This document shows, one piece after another, positions 1-15,976 of a stretch of DNA of 64,000 nt. The stretch lies in assembly GCF_009914755.1 (NCBI RefSeq), contig NC_060927.1. The stretch is one strand, 5' to 3'. The notes below the pieces were generated by a model that was not told where the DNA came from, searched no databases, and saw only the letters and a list, made by a program, of their open reading frames with translations. The position numbers and the translations under genes are program-made. Origin of the DNA: the human T2T-CHM13v2.0 reference genome, Homo sapiens. Numbering within the stretch: position 1 is the first letter of the stretch; the number at the start of each line of letters is the position of its first letter.

Positions 1-14
1 TGGTGGGAAGGCAG

Positions 15-596
<582 letters not shown>

Positions 597-619
597 AAGA
601 ATACACACACGTGTATGTA

Positions 620-622
<3 letters not shown>

Positions 623-671
<49 letters not shown>
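623..671. repeat. (TA)n microsatellite, about 24 units
   Basis: Uninterrupted TA run. Confidence 0.97.
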
Positions 672-674
<3 letters not shown>

Positions 675-2709
675 TCATGATATACACTCCAATAAAGGCA
701 CAGTAGAACTCCATTGTTGTATATAAAACTGGCTTCGTGGCCTCATGATTCTGAGTTCCAACTTAAAGTACAGGGAGCACATCTTTTCCGCTGAATTGGG
801 ATTGGGGATCTTTGCTTTCCTCAACTTCCTGGGAAAGAAACCTGGAGACTCCTCTACCCTACATCCCCGGCGGTGACCCTGAAGTCTGGGCTGGAGTTCT
901 ACTTAGGAGGGGAATGGAGACGCCAGAGGGAGAGTGAGAAGCAGCAGAAGTGGAAAGGGTAGCAGAGAGCACACACTGAAGTATGCATCCTGTGTCTTCC
1001 TTTTGCAATCCTAAAACTCTAGGATGGTCTGGTTATTTCTGCCTATGTTTCCTGTGCCTTCCCCACCATCGGCTGGTTAGAGGCATCTTGTCTAGAATTA
1101 AGTCCACGGTAAGTCGCTCCCTCCTTGTTTCCCTTACCTTTCCCATCATGAAATTGTTAGCAAGGCAAGTCAAAAATGCACTCGATAGGGCAGATGCCTG
1201 GATAAATACCCCCCTTCTCTTCCCTATTCCATCTTCTTCCTGTGCCAGTTTAAAAAATCTTAAATAGGAAAGCATGAGCCAGAGCCTCGCTCTGCCTGAG
1301 AAGACTGCGGTAGACCCTGCCAGCAAAATCCTTTCTATTTCATCCTTTTGAAAATCTCATCCATATGCTCTCTACTTTGCTTCCACTCTGACGTTTGTGA
1401 CTTCTTATTCTTGTGTATACATCCCTGCCACCCATTTCAGAGACTGCAATTTATGTGAACTTGTCATCCTCACCTGGCCTGGTGGTGCAGCTGTGTGTCC
1501 TGCCCCACCATGTCTCTGACTGCAATCTCTAAGGTCGTGCTCCTCTCCCCTAAGGAATACGAATCATTCAGTTTGCCCCTCTCACTGTGTGGTTGGCAAA
1601 CTTGTCCCAGCTGTAGGTGTGGCCCCAGTGGTCCTCCCAGCCAGTTCCTTGGGAGAGCTGCTTGGCACCACCTTAGCCACGCCTCTTATTTGTAGCTTGC
1701 ACCTGCTGCCCTTCTGTGGGCTGTGATTTTAGAGTTTAATTTGAACACTCTACTTTATCCTACTTAAATCTCATTTTAAAGCTCTTCTGTTTGGTCCTCA
1801 AGTATCTGGCCAAAAATATTCCGCTTGGTTTATGTGATAAGCTCCCAATTCCTTGCCAGGGTCCTCTTATTCCAGCATCAAAATCCATGGTCCAGAAGAA
1901 CAGTCGTTCTCAGATCAGCTACAGAGCAGCTCTGTGTTCCCCATATGTGCCTGTTTCTTCTAAAATTATGACTCACGGCTGAGGAAGAGACTAAAGCATT
2001 GCCTTTGCCCATGTCCCTTAGCTTGCTACCCAAGACATCAAAGGTCACTAGAGATACTAACCAGGATTCCTCCAAATGTGTCATTTGCCACCATGCCCGC
2101 AGGCAGACAGGAGAAAGAGTCTGTAAGTTATATGAGTATGTGCACTCGAATGCAGGGGCTTTCACCAATGAATTCGGTAAAATATTGGTCTCAAGAGGCT
2201 CTGGGGTAAGGGGATTCTGTGGTCAGGTAAATTTGGGAATGAAATACTTTCTCTTGCTTTTGCATGATCTCAGCAGGTTAGAATCTACATTAAAAGCTCT
2301 ACAATATCAAACAGAAAAGAATTATGTTTGACTCAATTTTCCAAGTGTATTCAATGATTGACACCCCCCCGCCCCCCAATCTTCTTGTGAATTTCTTTTT
2401 AACATCCTGTGGAAGGCATTTTAACCAATGCTACATACTTTAATACATGCTGGAAGAAGACAATCTGGGTAGCTACCTCTGCAGGCTCATGAGGAGTTGA
2501 ACCTCATGGTAAGTCTGTTAGCTGCTGTGTCTCCCTTCTCCAGAAGGTCCAAATTTATTCTCCTTGTGCAGAGACTATACTTTTAATTTTTTCTCCAAAC
2601 AGGAATTGGGAATTTCCTCTTTATTTCCATATCTATTTATTAATCAGAGTGACTTCTCTTTATGTTCTCTTTGTCCCCCTGAGTCCCTTTTCTTTCTGAA
2701 TCATTTCTT

Positions 2710-2903
2710 TCTTTTTTTTTTTAATGTATTTTATTTACTTATTTTTTTTGAGACAGGGTCTCACTCCATTGCCCAGGCTGGAGTGCAAGTGGTACGATTA
2801 TATTAATAGTTCCCTGTAGCTCCAAAATCCTGGGCTGAAACAATTCTCCCCTCTCAGCTTCGCAAAGTGTAGGGATTACAGGCATGAGCCATTGCGCCTG
2901 GCC
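2710..2903 (-). mobile_element. Old Alu monomer (FAM/FRAM-like)
   Basis: Single diverged monomer with T-rich tail; TSD CTGAATCATTT at 2696-2706 and 2904-2914. Confidence 0.8.
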
Positions 2904-3094
2904 CTGAATCATTTTTTTTAATGACATCTAGGAACCCTTTGTCAATGCTTTAAAATTCTCCTCAAGCCCATTCATTCTCTCCTTTGGCAGGAGATCAGTT
3001 CACATTTATAGCACCAATAATTTGTGACCAAGGTCAAGCAAGAAAAATAAATAATTGGCCCCCATCACAACCCTAAGGTTATATTTCCTGGACA

Positions 3095-3406
3095 TCAACG
3101 TGACAAGTTGGAGGGCCAAGGCTCTTATGGGGCCTGGCAATGTGTTTATTTGGCTTGCATGGTGGTGTTTAAAATTGGAAAATTTTACATACACACCTGA
3201 AGCCCAGCTTCTCTTGAGAAATCAGATCTGTTAATACTGGATTGCTTTCCAACCTGGCAATGATCGACGGCCACTGAGAACTGGCTGCTCCCTTTACACA
3301 GCACTCAGGCTAGAGTTCTCACCACTCCCTAAAGCCTCACATCTACCCACTTCTCTCATTTACATGAACTGCCTGCCTCTGCATGCGTTTGGATTTGTGA
3401 CCCCTC
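3095..3406. mobile_element. MER102-like hAT-Charlie DNA transposon
   Basis: Resembles my recollection of the MER102 consensus (cttctcttgagaaatcagatctg...ctggctgctcccttta...tttgtgacccct). Confidence 0.55.
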
Positions 3407-4939
3407 ATATAGACCGCTGTAGTTTTCCCCTGGGAATTTCCCTGGACGATGCTTCAAAAGTGTCTCCGCTACTTTCTTCCTCAGATCCTTCCTGTCTGAG
3501 CTGCTGGTGTCTTTGGTTATGAGTCCTAATACATGTCTGATTTCAAGGGCTGACCAGCTGCAGCAGGGTGAGAGATGAATCATATTGGCATTTGCAAAGA
3601 TCACATGCACAGAAATAAAATATCATCCAAATCTACCTCTTCTGGGAAATAATATTGCAGTTGCTCTGTGTTTGGAAGTTAGGGCACAACCTGGTAGATA
3701 GATCAACTATTCCACAATCATGGAACACTGAGAAATGAACTTGACTCTAACTACTAGAAAAGTAGCCTAAGCTCACATTTACCTTTTCCCTGAACTCACC
3801 ACTTTGTACAAACCATGATTATTGTGAATTTTAAGATTATACCACCAAGGCTTGATTATTAAGGGACAAATTCTTTAGTAAGTAGATAATCCAATCCTTC
3901 AAATTTCTTCTTTTCTAACCCATCAGCTGTTAACCATTTCATTTTTCTTTAGTGCAATTTTTACCAGTTGTGGAGATGGGGCCAGAGGGGGAAATGTGTA
4001 CAAGGCATGAACCAGAACGTCAGCTCAAATCAGAGGGCATCCCGTGGTGTTATCTCCACCCCAACCCTGCATATACAGAAACCGTGATTATGAGCAGCCG
4101 CTTCCCCTCTCCCCACCCAAGTTCAGGGGCAAGGTGGTACAGAAGAGGAAAGGGGGAACCTGACTAATTACAACACTCTGTTGAGAGCTCCAATAAAAGT
4201 TTCACTGAGATCAACAGTTTGCAGTTTTCATTTACCCAGGACTTTCTCACTCCCTCTTACTCTGTGGTAACCCAAAACTGGAGATTACAGACCCGCTTTC
4301 AGCTTATTGAGTTCAAAGGCAAGGTAGGGTACTTGGCTTGATTGGCAGTTTGGAATGCTCTCCAAAAAGGCCCACTTTCAGGATTAAAGGGACACTCCAT
4401 TTAACAGAATAGAAAACATCTTGTTACTAGAGAGTGAAGAATTTCAATCTAAGTGTAGGTTCAATAAACATGAATATTCAGCAATTACGTAATTCCCTGC
4501 TGTGTTAGTAATTTGAGGGTATAAGTACATTCTTGAAGTGAGAAGAGCCCCTCTTTCATTGAAGAGCATTAGAAGATTGGGAAAATGCCTTCTTAGTAAA
4601 ATATGAAGTGGTAAGCACCTCCTAACCCCTTCAAATTTAAACACTCCTACAATCTTCATAATAGAGATCTACAGTCTTCAAAGTAGAGATTTGATGACCC
4701 CCTTTGGAGGAGCGTTTATAGAGGGGATGCTTACACTGAGAAGGGGGTTGAAATCTAAAGTCCCATCCAAAGCTAGGAGTCTATAAGTTACTATTACAGA
4801 CAGGAATCATGACAGCATGCCTTTAAATTAGAGATTCTACAATGGATTCTCATATACTGCTGCATGTTCTCCTTACAAATCCCTGTAGTAATCAATACAG
4901 CATCATACCAATACCTGATAAACTTCAAATCCATTGATT

Positions 4940-5100
4940 TATCTACTCTAATTCTCACAGGCACCTTGTCAGGCAGTTGTAATTTCCATTTTACACATCA
5001 GAACATTAGGAATCAGAGAAGTGAGTAACTTTCCCAATGGCACACAGTAAGTAAGAGGCAGAGTAAGGGCTGAAACTCAGTTCTTTTGATGCTGAATGCA
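4940..5100 (-). mobile_element. MIR fragment
   Basis: ccattttaca...agagaagtgagtaactttcccaatggcacacag matches the reverse MIR core. Confidence 0.7.
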
Positions 5101-5186
5101 ATGAAACTCAGGAATTTGTGTCTGTATTTCACATGAGGGTGACCACGACCTGGCATAGCAGAGTTGTAAAGTCATTTGTTCAGGGT

Positions 5187-5232
5187 TTCTGTGAAATAAT
5201 TTACTGTGAAATAAGTAAATTATTTCACAGAA
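5187..5232. repeat. Perfect 19-bp inverted repeat with 8-nt spacer
   Basis: TTCTGTGAAATAATTTACT (5187-5205) and AGTAAATTATTTCACAGAA (5214-5232). Confidence 0.95.
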
Positions 5233-5519
5233 GAGAGTTACTGCGTTTCCTGATAAGTACAGTGAAAGCTTGCTTTTGAAATTTCCTTTGGCCCAATAAT
5301 AAGTGCATTACAACGTTTTTTAGTAAATGTTGATTTAAGTGGGGAGTTAAAATTAATCACTTGAATCTTTTTTGAGAACATCTATTACCTTTTCACCTTG
5401 TTTTTCAATTTCTTCATAATAAAACGCATGCAATTATGAAAAGTTTAAAGAAAATATGGGCGACTGAATATGCTAATCACATCAGCCGTAAATACAGATA
5501 CAGACTCTGTTGTATCACC

Positions 5520-5587
5520 AAAATACCCTTATGCAAAAGGGCAATAATTTTCCAAAAATACTCTTATGCAAAAGGGCAACAATTTTC
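5520..5587. repeat. Tandem duplication, period 35, two copies
   Basis: AAAATAC(C/T)CTTATGCAAAAGGGCAA(T/C)AATTTTC at 5520-5552 and 5555-5587. Confidence 0.92.
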
Positions 5588-6504
5588 TGAAGTTTTAATT
5601 AGTAAAGTACAATAGAAGGCCAACAAACTCTGACATTATTTTTTCTGGAGCTAAAAACAAACAAAGAGACATGTTAAACTAACTTTAAAAGCCACCTAAG
5701 TTGCCCTCTCCCTGAAGGCATCTGAAATTGTGGTGGTGAGGAAGAGAGAATGACATGCGGATTCTTTTTTTCAATATGGATTTCTACTTCACAACCAAAT
5801 AGCATGCTTTAAAGCTCAAGGTTTATAAGAAAGCTCTGTCGTTGGTTTCCATAGTTTTTCCAGCCCTGATGTGTACTGACTCCTCCAGGGCAGCAGAGTT
5901 GGCTCCTTCTCCTCTCTCCTGATGCCCCTCTTCCTTCTCTCTCCCCCTGGGGATTGCCTCTTTTCTGGGTCTTTCTGACTAACACTCTGTCTGTACTATT
6001 CTAACACTTCAGCAAGGTTCAGTATTTTAAAGTCCCAGTGTTTCTAGGACCCCTGAAATTTTTGCTCCACAAATACTTTGAAAGGTAAGCCATTCCTTCA
6101 TTAATCTGTTCAAAAAGCACTTACTGATGGATACCCTCACTGTCCACTCACCCACTCCTAGGATAAGATGCAAACTCTGGTGCAGACCAGCGAGATCTGC
6201 TGCAACTGCTCCCCCCGCCTTTTCACTCCACCCGGGAACCTCCGGCCTCTCCGCTCATGTCCAGTGTCCTCTCACACTTCAGCCCTTCTCCCATACTGCT
6301 TCCCTCCTCCTAGCATTTCCCCGGTTGCTTCTCTCCTTGGCGAATTTCCATTTCTGTCTCCAGCGCTCATGCAAATGTTACCTTCCTCCTGAAGTTTCAT
6401 CCTAGTCTCTCACAACACCCTCATTGTTCACGTCCCTTCGTGAAAACAAAGCTACCATATTACATTGTATTTCCTTCTTGTGTGAAGGTCTGGGGGAAGA
6501 CTGA

Positions 6505-7278
<774 letters not shown>

Positions 7279-7614
7279 GTTGGTATTAACTTCTGTATGT
7301 GCTCATCTTCCCAGTTATACCCACGAACTCCTGAAAAGCAGGGGCTGTGGTGCTCCATCGTTCCTCTCAGACCTAGCATGATGCTAACACAAATAGATGC
7401 TCAACTCATTTTGGCTGAATGAAGAAACATGCTTAGCATCACCCTTCTGGATTTAGTTCAGTGGATCCTGAAGAGAGTCAGACTCCTCTCCGAGTGAGAA
7501 AGCTTATGAACAAGTTGGAGACATAACAGTAGTTTAGCATCCCAAACAATGAATTATAGAAGACAAAGAGGGTGCAGCAAAGTGGGACAGAATGTGTCAA
7601 AAACACTGGAGATG

Positions 7615-8001
<387 letters not shown>

Positions 8002-8959
8002 TCAGAATATTCTGTGCTGCATTTTGAAACAAGTGATGACTAGGTCACAAGAGGAGATGTCATCTAGGTTGAGGGATTGAGGGAATGAGAGCAGCTGTGT
8101 GGGGAAGGTGAGAGTAACAGAGCAAGCAAGCAAGAAGGTGAGGCTGGTGTTTGAGGAGGAGAATGTTATAAAGGGCGCTAAATGCAAGCATGGGATGTAA
8201 CGTGGGAGGGGGGTGGTGGAAGTAGGTGCTTGTGCAGCAGCAACAGGACCACAAACGTGTCCCAGGGAGACTAATGGGCAGCTCCAGGCAGGGTGGGCCT
8301 GAATGGGAAGGGCATCGAGATGGGCCAGAGGGTGGCTGAGGAAATCCTGAGGATGGAACATCTTGGGGACCAACTGGGAAGTGAGGAGCACAGGAGGCAA
8401 GCGGTCTCACAAGTAAATAAAATTGTGCAATTAAACTGTGCAGCTTGGTCAGTTGTGGAGTGGGAGACAGAAAGCTCCCATCTGGGTGGGGACCTGGTGG
8501 GTGCAATGAGTACACTGCTGGGCTCAGAGAAGGTGGTGTGTTTATCATCCTGGATGAATGCAACTCTCTGTTTTTGGAAGCCTTTGCAAGAGATTCCAAA
8601 ACTACTCTCAATAACTCATTTCAGTCTTTAATATGTCTCCAGGCCAGAAGATTCCTGCTCCCATCCAAAAGAGAATTCTTTACTTTTAGAGCACATTTTT
8701 TCCCTCTCTCATTCTTTCCTGAACTGAGATGAAGAGTAAGGAGGTGCAGTCACTATTTCCTGTTGTGAATCCTTCACACACTTGAGGCCCATTCCCAGTA
8801 CGTTCTCTGTTTCTCTCCAGGAAAAGTGATTTTGGATAACTTGTGGTTTTCTCATGGGCCCTTTAATCATATCTATGGCTCTTTTCTAGTCCTTTTTTGG
8901 GTGCATCTTTGGTCATGGGGCACAAAACTGGGCACATGGAGAGGCAGGGAATTGTAGCA

Positions 8960-9170
8960 GGCTAAGAGGAGATGTGGAGTGGACAGGCCTAGGTGTGAAT
9001 CGTAGCTTCTCTAGTAACTAGTGTGGTCTTGAGCAAGTTGCATCATCTCTATGAGCCTCACTTTTCTCATCTGTAAGATGGATCAATAATACTTACACTT
9101 GGTGAGTTGTGCCACTTAAAAATAATGTACATGAGATTCTTGAAAGCTCTCAATAAATGATGGCTACTAT
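8960..9170 (+). mobile_element. MIR
   Basis: ttgagcaagttgcatcatctctatgagcctcacttttctcatctgtaagatgg core. Confidence 0.75.
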
Positions 9171-9273
9171 TGTTGGTATGGGTTGGAGCAGGACTGATTA
9201 CATTGGGAAAACCACCTTTCTAAACACTTTAATAAATGAGCTCATGGTTATTCATGCTTTAAAAACTATACTA

Positions 9274-9580
9274 GGCCAGGTGTGGTCACTCACGCCTGTA
9301 ATCCCAGCACTTTGGGAAGCCTAGGTGGTTGGATCAACTGAGGTCAGGAGTTTGAGACCAGCCTGGCCAACATGGTGAAACCCGCTCTCTACTAAAAATA
9401 CAAAAAAATTAGCTGGGCATGGTGGCGCGCACCTGTAATCCCAGCTAATCAGGAGGCTGAGGCAGGAGAATTGCTTGAACCCTGAAGGCGGCCATGTCAG
9501 TGAGCCGAGATAGAGCCACTGACTCCAGCCTGGGTGACAGAGAGAGAGACTCCGTCTCAAAAAAACAAAAATAAAAACAA
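9274..9580 (+). mobile_element. AluS
   Basis: Full dimer; TSD AAAAACTATACT. Confidence 0.95.
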
Positions 9581-10662
9581 AAACTATACTACTGCATAGT
9601 TCAGACAGCAACTCTTGCTATCTCTGGTGGTCAAATAAAACACAAACTGGTTCTTTTGAGATACAGCAAAACTATAGACAGGACCCAGAATCGTGTTGAA
9701 AGGATAAAATATTTTTCATTTACCCTGCACGATAGTAGAGCTGCATAACATCTGAAATAGTTATTTCAATTGTGAAGGGACTTGGGTAATGGTATCTTTA
9801 AAACACTCAATGACTGAACAAAAGCGTTGGGACTTTTTAATTGGAAAAGGCCAATAAAACTCCTACAGCAGATGAACTCACTCCATTCAGCTCCTTTCTA
9901 TCACCTTCCCTTCATAACCTATAAATGCTACTATGTTAATGTTTTAAACTAGTGTCTAGAGCATGATCTCAAGTCAATAAAATTGTGCAATTAAAATGCT
10001 GAAAGAAAATATGTTATAGCGCTGAGTGTTTATTTCTTGGAGGAGGGGATGCAAAATATGATTTTTTTTACAATGAACCTGAATGACTTATATAAAGAAA
10101 AATTAGTTTAAAAATGATATGTATAGCTTTATAAAAACACATTATCACAAATATTTTAAGGTATATCTATCAAGTTAACTGCTGTAATGCACCAAAATGG
10201 CAATATTGTGTTTCTCCATGATGGGAATATGAGTGATTGGTTTTTTTTCTCTTACTTTAACTTTTCTGAACTTTCCAAATTATTTATAATGATATTGCAA
10301 TGTGCTATATAATAACACTGTCTGATGTATTATTTAATTACATGATAAATGTATTGATATTTTATTGAAAAACTTTTAAACAAGATAAATGATGAGAAAA
10401 ATAATTCCATATATTTCTACATTGATGACTTACACCCTATTTAATATTAAATAGATGTTTATCTGCCTATATTAGAGAATCACCAAAATTCAGAGTCTTA
10501 ATGGCTTCTGAATCATCTAACATGGTTATTATCTGATGTAGGATCTGTCTTTGTAATAAGAATATTAATAACAATCATAATAGCTACCACTGATGTGCCC
10601 GACTCTGTAATAGACACTTTAAATGCATTGTTCCAATAGATCCTCGAAATAAGCCTATGAGG

Positions 10663-11484
<822 letters not shown>

Positions 11485-14019
11485 AATATTATACCCCAGT
11501 TTTACAGGTGAGCCGACTGAGGTTCAGGGAGAGTAACTTGGTCAAGGTCACACATAGTGGTTAATGAGAACTCCAGGATTTGAATCCAGGTTGTATGATA
11601 ATGGAACCTTTCCTACTGGGCACTTGCTTCCAAAATCATTGCCAGCATGGGCTTGAACGTAAAATAGGAAAACTCATCACCTTCTCCAATAGCTCACTGC
11701 ACTTGAGGATGGCTCTGACCAGTAGAATTAATGTCCTATTTGGGGCTTAACCCAGTCTTGCATTCCAGTCACCTTTTCATTGATTAATTGTGCAAAATAA
11801 CACAATTCCTGCTTTATACGAAAAGCCTTTTAAATATTTGAGGCCAATGATCACTTCTCTCTAAGGCTTCTCTTCTTTGGGTGAAACAATTCCAGATTCA
11901 GCCTTTTGCTCGAAGACATCTAAAGTTCCAGCACCTTCTCAACCTCTCCCTTCTGGAAAGCATCCAGACTGTCAACACTCACGTTAGGATCCAGCCAGTT
12001 CCTACCTTACTTTGAATTTGTGTGCTTTGATTTTCTTCCATAAGGTTATCGTGCTAACCTCAACTCTTGTGAACTGATTACACATTACATCTTGAGTTCT
12101 TTGATGGAAATATTTCTAGAAATCAATCAGTCAGTAAATACTGATAACTTTGGGATTATCTGGCCTATAGTCTTGAAAACATAGCGTGCTTTCAAGTTCC
12201 TTCTGATATGATCACAAACCGATTCTACTCTTTGTTGACATGAATAAGACCTTTCCTGTTCTAGCCTAGCAGGGGCTACAAGAAAAAGCCCATTAAGCTA
12301 CAGAAAGAAACGGTTCTGGCCAGTGGGTAACCTTGTAGGGAGGCTTGAGACGCCACAGGCTGCTGCTGTGTAACAGTCTGAGAGGTTGTGCTGTCTGTTC
12401 CCACGCGGACTAGGGACCCAGGAGGAAAATGAAAGGATTGTTAAGAGTCAGTGTGATTTCATCATATTATTTAAAATACTACGAATGTTAGGGCAGGGAG
12501 AACTGCATACAAATATTAATAACAGACTCCCAAAATCTTTGATCATCCACCACTGTAGATGATCCACGTGGTTGCTCCCTTTTTTCTGCGAATAATCAAG
12601 AGTTAACTATAAACAATCCAACAACAACAACAAAAAACCCTGGACTTCTGCATTTGTGTAACGTTGAGCACCTGATGAAAAAAACATGAACCCATATTTC
12701 ATTCATTTTACTCTCTGCATCTCTCCCAAAGAGAGGTGGGGAGGGTGGGGGACAAAACATTTTTGTGGCTTAGTATATAAACATTCAAGTAATTAAGTCA
12801 GTTGCTCTGTCAGAATTGACTTGAAAATCAAAGGTTCTTGAGCACAAAACATAAGGTTTGTATTTCTTTATAAATACCTACAGGAATAAGAAAAAACACA
12901 GAAAATCCCACAATTAATTTCATTTGGGGCTTTTCTGAATCCCAGATATTTAAGAAAAATAGTTTGCTATATTGAGGGAAGCAGGTGCAGACAGTCTGGA
13001 CCTCTGGCTACCTACAGCAGGTCTCTTTTGAGGTGCCAAATATTAGATGAAGAGAGGCAAAGCCTAATTCAGGGCACAGAATGAAGACTTTGATGGCAAG
13101 GATTTTTAACTTTGCTATATTTGCTGCTGTTGAACCTTTATGCCTTGAGAAAGTCACACATCTGGGTTGTAATAGTGGGCTACCTCACAGGGCGCCAGGA
13201 AAGAATAACTTAGAAGGGTTTCATTTTTAGATATAAGAAGAAAATCTTATGTAAATCATGATATATTTTATGCTTGTGACGGCAGAGCATACTGCAGGTA
13301 TTCAAGAGAGGAAGCCCTTCCTTTCATTTTCAGAACTGTGTGACTTGAGCTTTGTCGGTTTCTATTTTGTTCCCCACAGAACATCTCTGTCTTTATCTGA
13401 GGTCAGGGTTGGGGAGAGGTACGTGGTGGGTGAGGGGAAAGAAGTATCCGTGAGGGAGGGGTAGTCACATCCCCAGCATCTGACCACAGGGCCACTTGCC
13501 TACCTGCCATGCAGTCCATGACCCCTGCTAGTAAGCCAGAAGCACCCAGGGAGCACATGGAATCTGTCCTGCCACTCTCCTTTACTCACTCCTGCCCTTT
13601 TCCTCCTGAGGCCATTTCACCTGGGGTCTATGACCCCCTCCCTTGATCCTGCTAGCCTGGATTTGGCACTGGACTTCGAATCTCTAGTGTCCAGATCCCC
13701 AACCTCTGCCTCTTGGACTTCCATGGAGCCAGTGAAGGGGATTTCCTCTAGAGCTTCTGTCCTGTAGAATCCAAACCAACCAAAGTGGTGCCATATTCCC
13801 ACCCCCAGGAGAAGGATTTGGGCAGATTCAATGCATCACTGCTGGGGTCTCCTCCAACTTTTAGTTGTCCTCCAACTTTTCAGGTTAAAGGCCATGTCAA
13901 TGGAGCATTGATTCTGTGATAACTGAATCCAATTTGTCACTCCATTAAAAACAACCCTTTTATTGTCAATACTTTATCGTCAATTTAAGGCAATGCTTGT
14001 TATTCAATGATATTCAACA

Positions 14020-14210
14020 ACAAATGTTTATTGCGAACCTCCTGTGTACTATGAACTTAGGTATTATGTCACTAAATACTTATAGCAACATTGCAAGATT
14101 TTCAAAAGAGGCAGCAAAGGATTAAGAAGATTAACTTGCCCAAGGTCACATAGCTAATAAGCGGCAAAGCCAAGTTTTGATGCCAACTTACTCTATACCC
14201 TGCTGCCTTC
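14020..14210 (-). mobile_element. MIR
   Basis: aacttgcccaaggtcacatagctaataagcggcaaagcc. Confidence 0.7.
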
Positions 14211-14887
14211 TTCTATAAATAGTTACTAAGTGCTTAGTTATTTACAAGGTATATTTCCAACCTCTTAAAAACTCAAGCTACATTAGGGCTTCTGGGGAGC
14301 CCCTCATCAGTGACTCCATGGGACCTGCTCCAAGAAAGCTAATATTTCAGAACCTGTTAATTAGTCAAGGGCTTTTGAGAAAGGTGGTCAGCTTCTAGTA
14401 GGAATGAAGCACTGCTTCGGTCCCTCTGAAGGGCCTAACAGGAAATAACTTGCTTCAGCCTCAACTGCTGAGAGACGCGGTCAAGTGGATACACTCAACA
14501 GGTTTAGAATAACACATTCCGCAAGTACTCTGAGTTTCTAACCAACAATGAAAACATTCCACAGTTAGACTTCTCTTTCTAGACACTCACTGACAGTGAC
14601 ATTAGAATTAGGTGGCTTTTATGTATAGATTTCATATGCAAAACCCTTCATGGAGACTTAATCTGGAAACTTCATGGTGGGCTGGTTTTTGGCTATCTGG
14701 AAGACTTTGACGGGATTCTTGGCTCCTCTGCTAGTACTGATTGCTGCCTGTTTGTGGGACTGAGAGTCCCTCTCCTTCTCCCTAAGTTGAAACCCTCTTT
14801 CCTCCATTCTTTTGACTTTATTGCAAACACCCTACTCTGTGACTACTGGCAAAAGTGTCTTCTTTTTATTAATTCCTCTGTCCTTGC

Positions 14888-15041
14888 CAGGGCCACCTCA
14901 TAGGTGTGAGATGTGGACTCCAGGGCCCCACACTTAAGAGGGCTCAGTGCTTAGTTTAATGCTTTGCTGTCCCATTTTTGAGGAAGGGGCCTCACATTTT
15001 TAATTTTGCACTGGGTCACACAGATCATACAGCCAGTCCTG
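14888..15041 (+). mobile_element. MER91A-like hAT DNA transposon
   Basis: CAGGGCC...GTCCTG termini; 8-bp TSD (G/C)TCCTTGC at 14880-14887 and 15042-15049. Confidence 0.8.
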
Positions 15042-15194
15042 CTCCTTGCTGTGGACGTGGAAACAGGGAGAATGCTCACACCATACAAGGTATGACTGGA
15101 TGGTGTACCTGTTCTCCTCCCCTTTGGAACTCAGCAGGCATTTTCCCACAGAGACAATCCATAAAGGCAGATGATGCCAATGACAGCTCCATCC

Positions 15195-15580
15195 TCCTTA
15201 GCCTCAGTTCCTTCATTTCTAAAATGGGGACAGTAGCACTTACCCTTGCATGTTATTGTGAGCAATGAGTGGGATGATGTATAAAGTACTTATCAGAGTG
15301 TCTGGTATACATCAGTGCTTGCTCAATGAAATCTATGTGAGACAGCAGTTGCGGCAAATAGAGCTTGGACTCTGGAGTGAAGAGCTAGGTCAGAAATTAA
15401 ATTAGCCCCACTGCCTAAAAAATACATGACTTTTGTTAGTTGACTTGGTTTCTTCCAGTGTCAGTTCCTTTATCTGTAAATGGGAATGCTAATATTTATC
15501 TTGAAAGGTTGTTTTGTGATTTAAATAATTTAATGTATTTAAAGACCCTAGTTCACCACTTGGCATCTAGGAGGAGCTAA
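15195..15580 (+). mobile_element. Two tandem MIR fragments
   Basis: gcctcagttccttcatttctaaaatgggga and tcagttcctttatctgtaaatggga cores. Confidence 0.7.
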
Positions 15581-15647
15581 AAAAATGAAAACAGTTCTTA
15601 GTCAGGTTCCCCTTTAACACTATTGCTACACCTAAAACAACCAATTT

Positions 15648-15976
15648 GGCCAGGAGTGGTGGCTCACACCTGTAATCCCAGCACTTTCGGAGGCCATGGC
15701 AGGCAAATCACTTGAGGTCAGGAGTTCAAGACCAGGCTTGCTGACATGGTGAAACCCCATCTCTACTAAAAATAGGAAGAAAAGTTAGCCAGGCGTGGTG
15801 GTGTGTGCCTTTAATCCCACCTACTCAGGAGGCTGTGTAGGAAAATCACCTGAACCTGAGAGGCAAAGGTTGCAGTGAGCCAAGATCACACCACTGCACT
15901 CCAGGCCAGGCGACAGAATGACTCTTTCTAAAAAAAAAAAAAAAAAAAAAAAAGACCAAAAACATCCCCCAAAAAG
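15648..15976 (+). mobile_element. AluS (diverged)
   Basis: Full dimer with long A tail; TSD AAAACAA..CA/CCATTTG-like. Confidence 0.93.

Noticed and set aside
8002-8732. Cluster of overlapping 95-183 aa ORFs
   Set aside because: Purine-rich, L2-like low-complexity DNA with no consistent splice signals or homology I recognise
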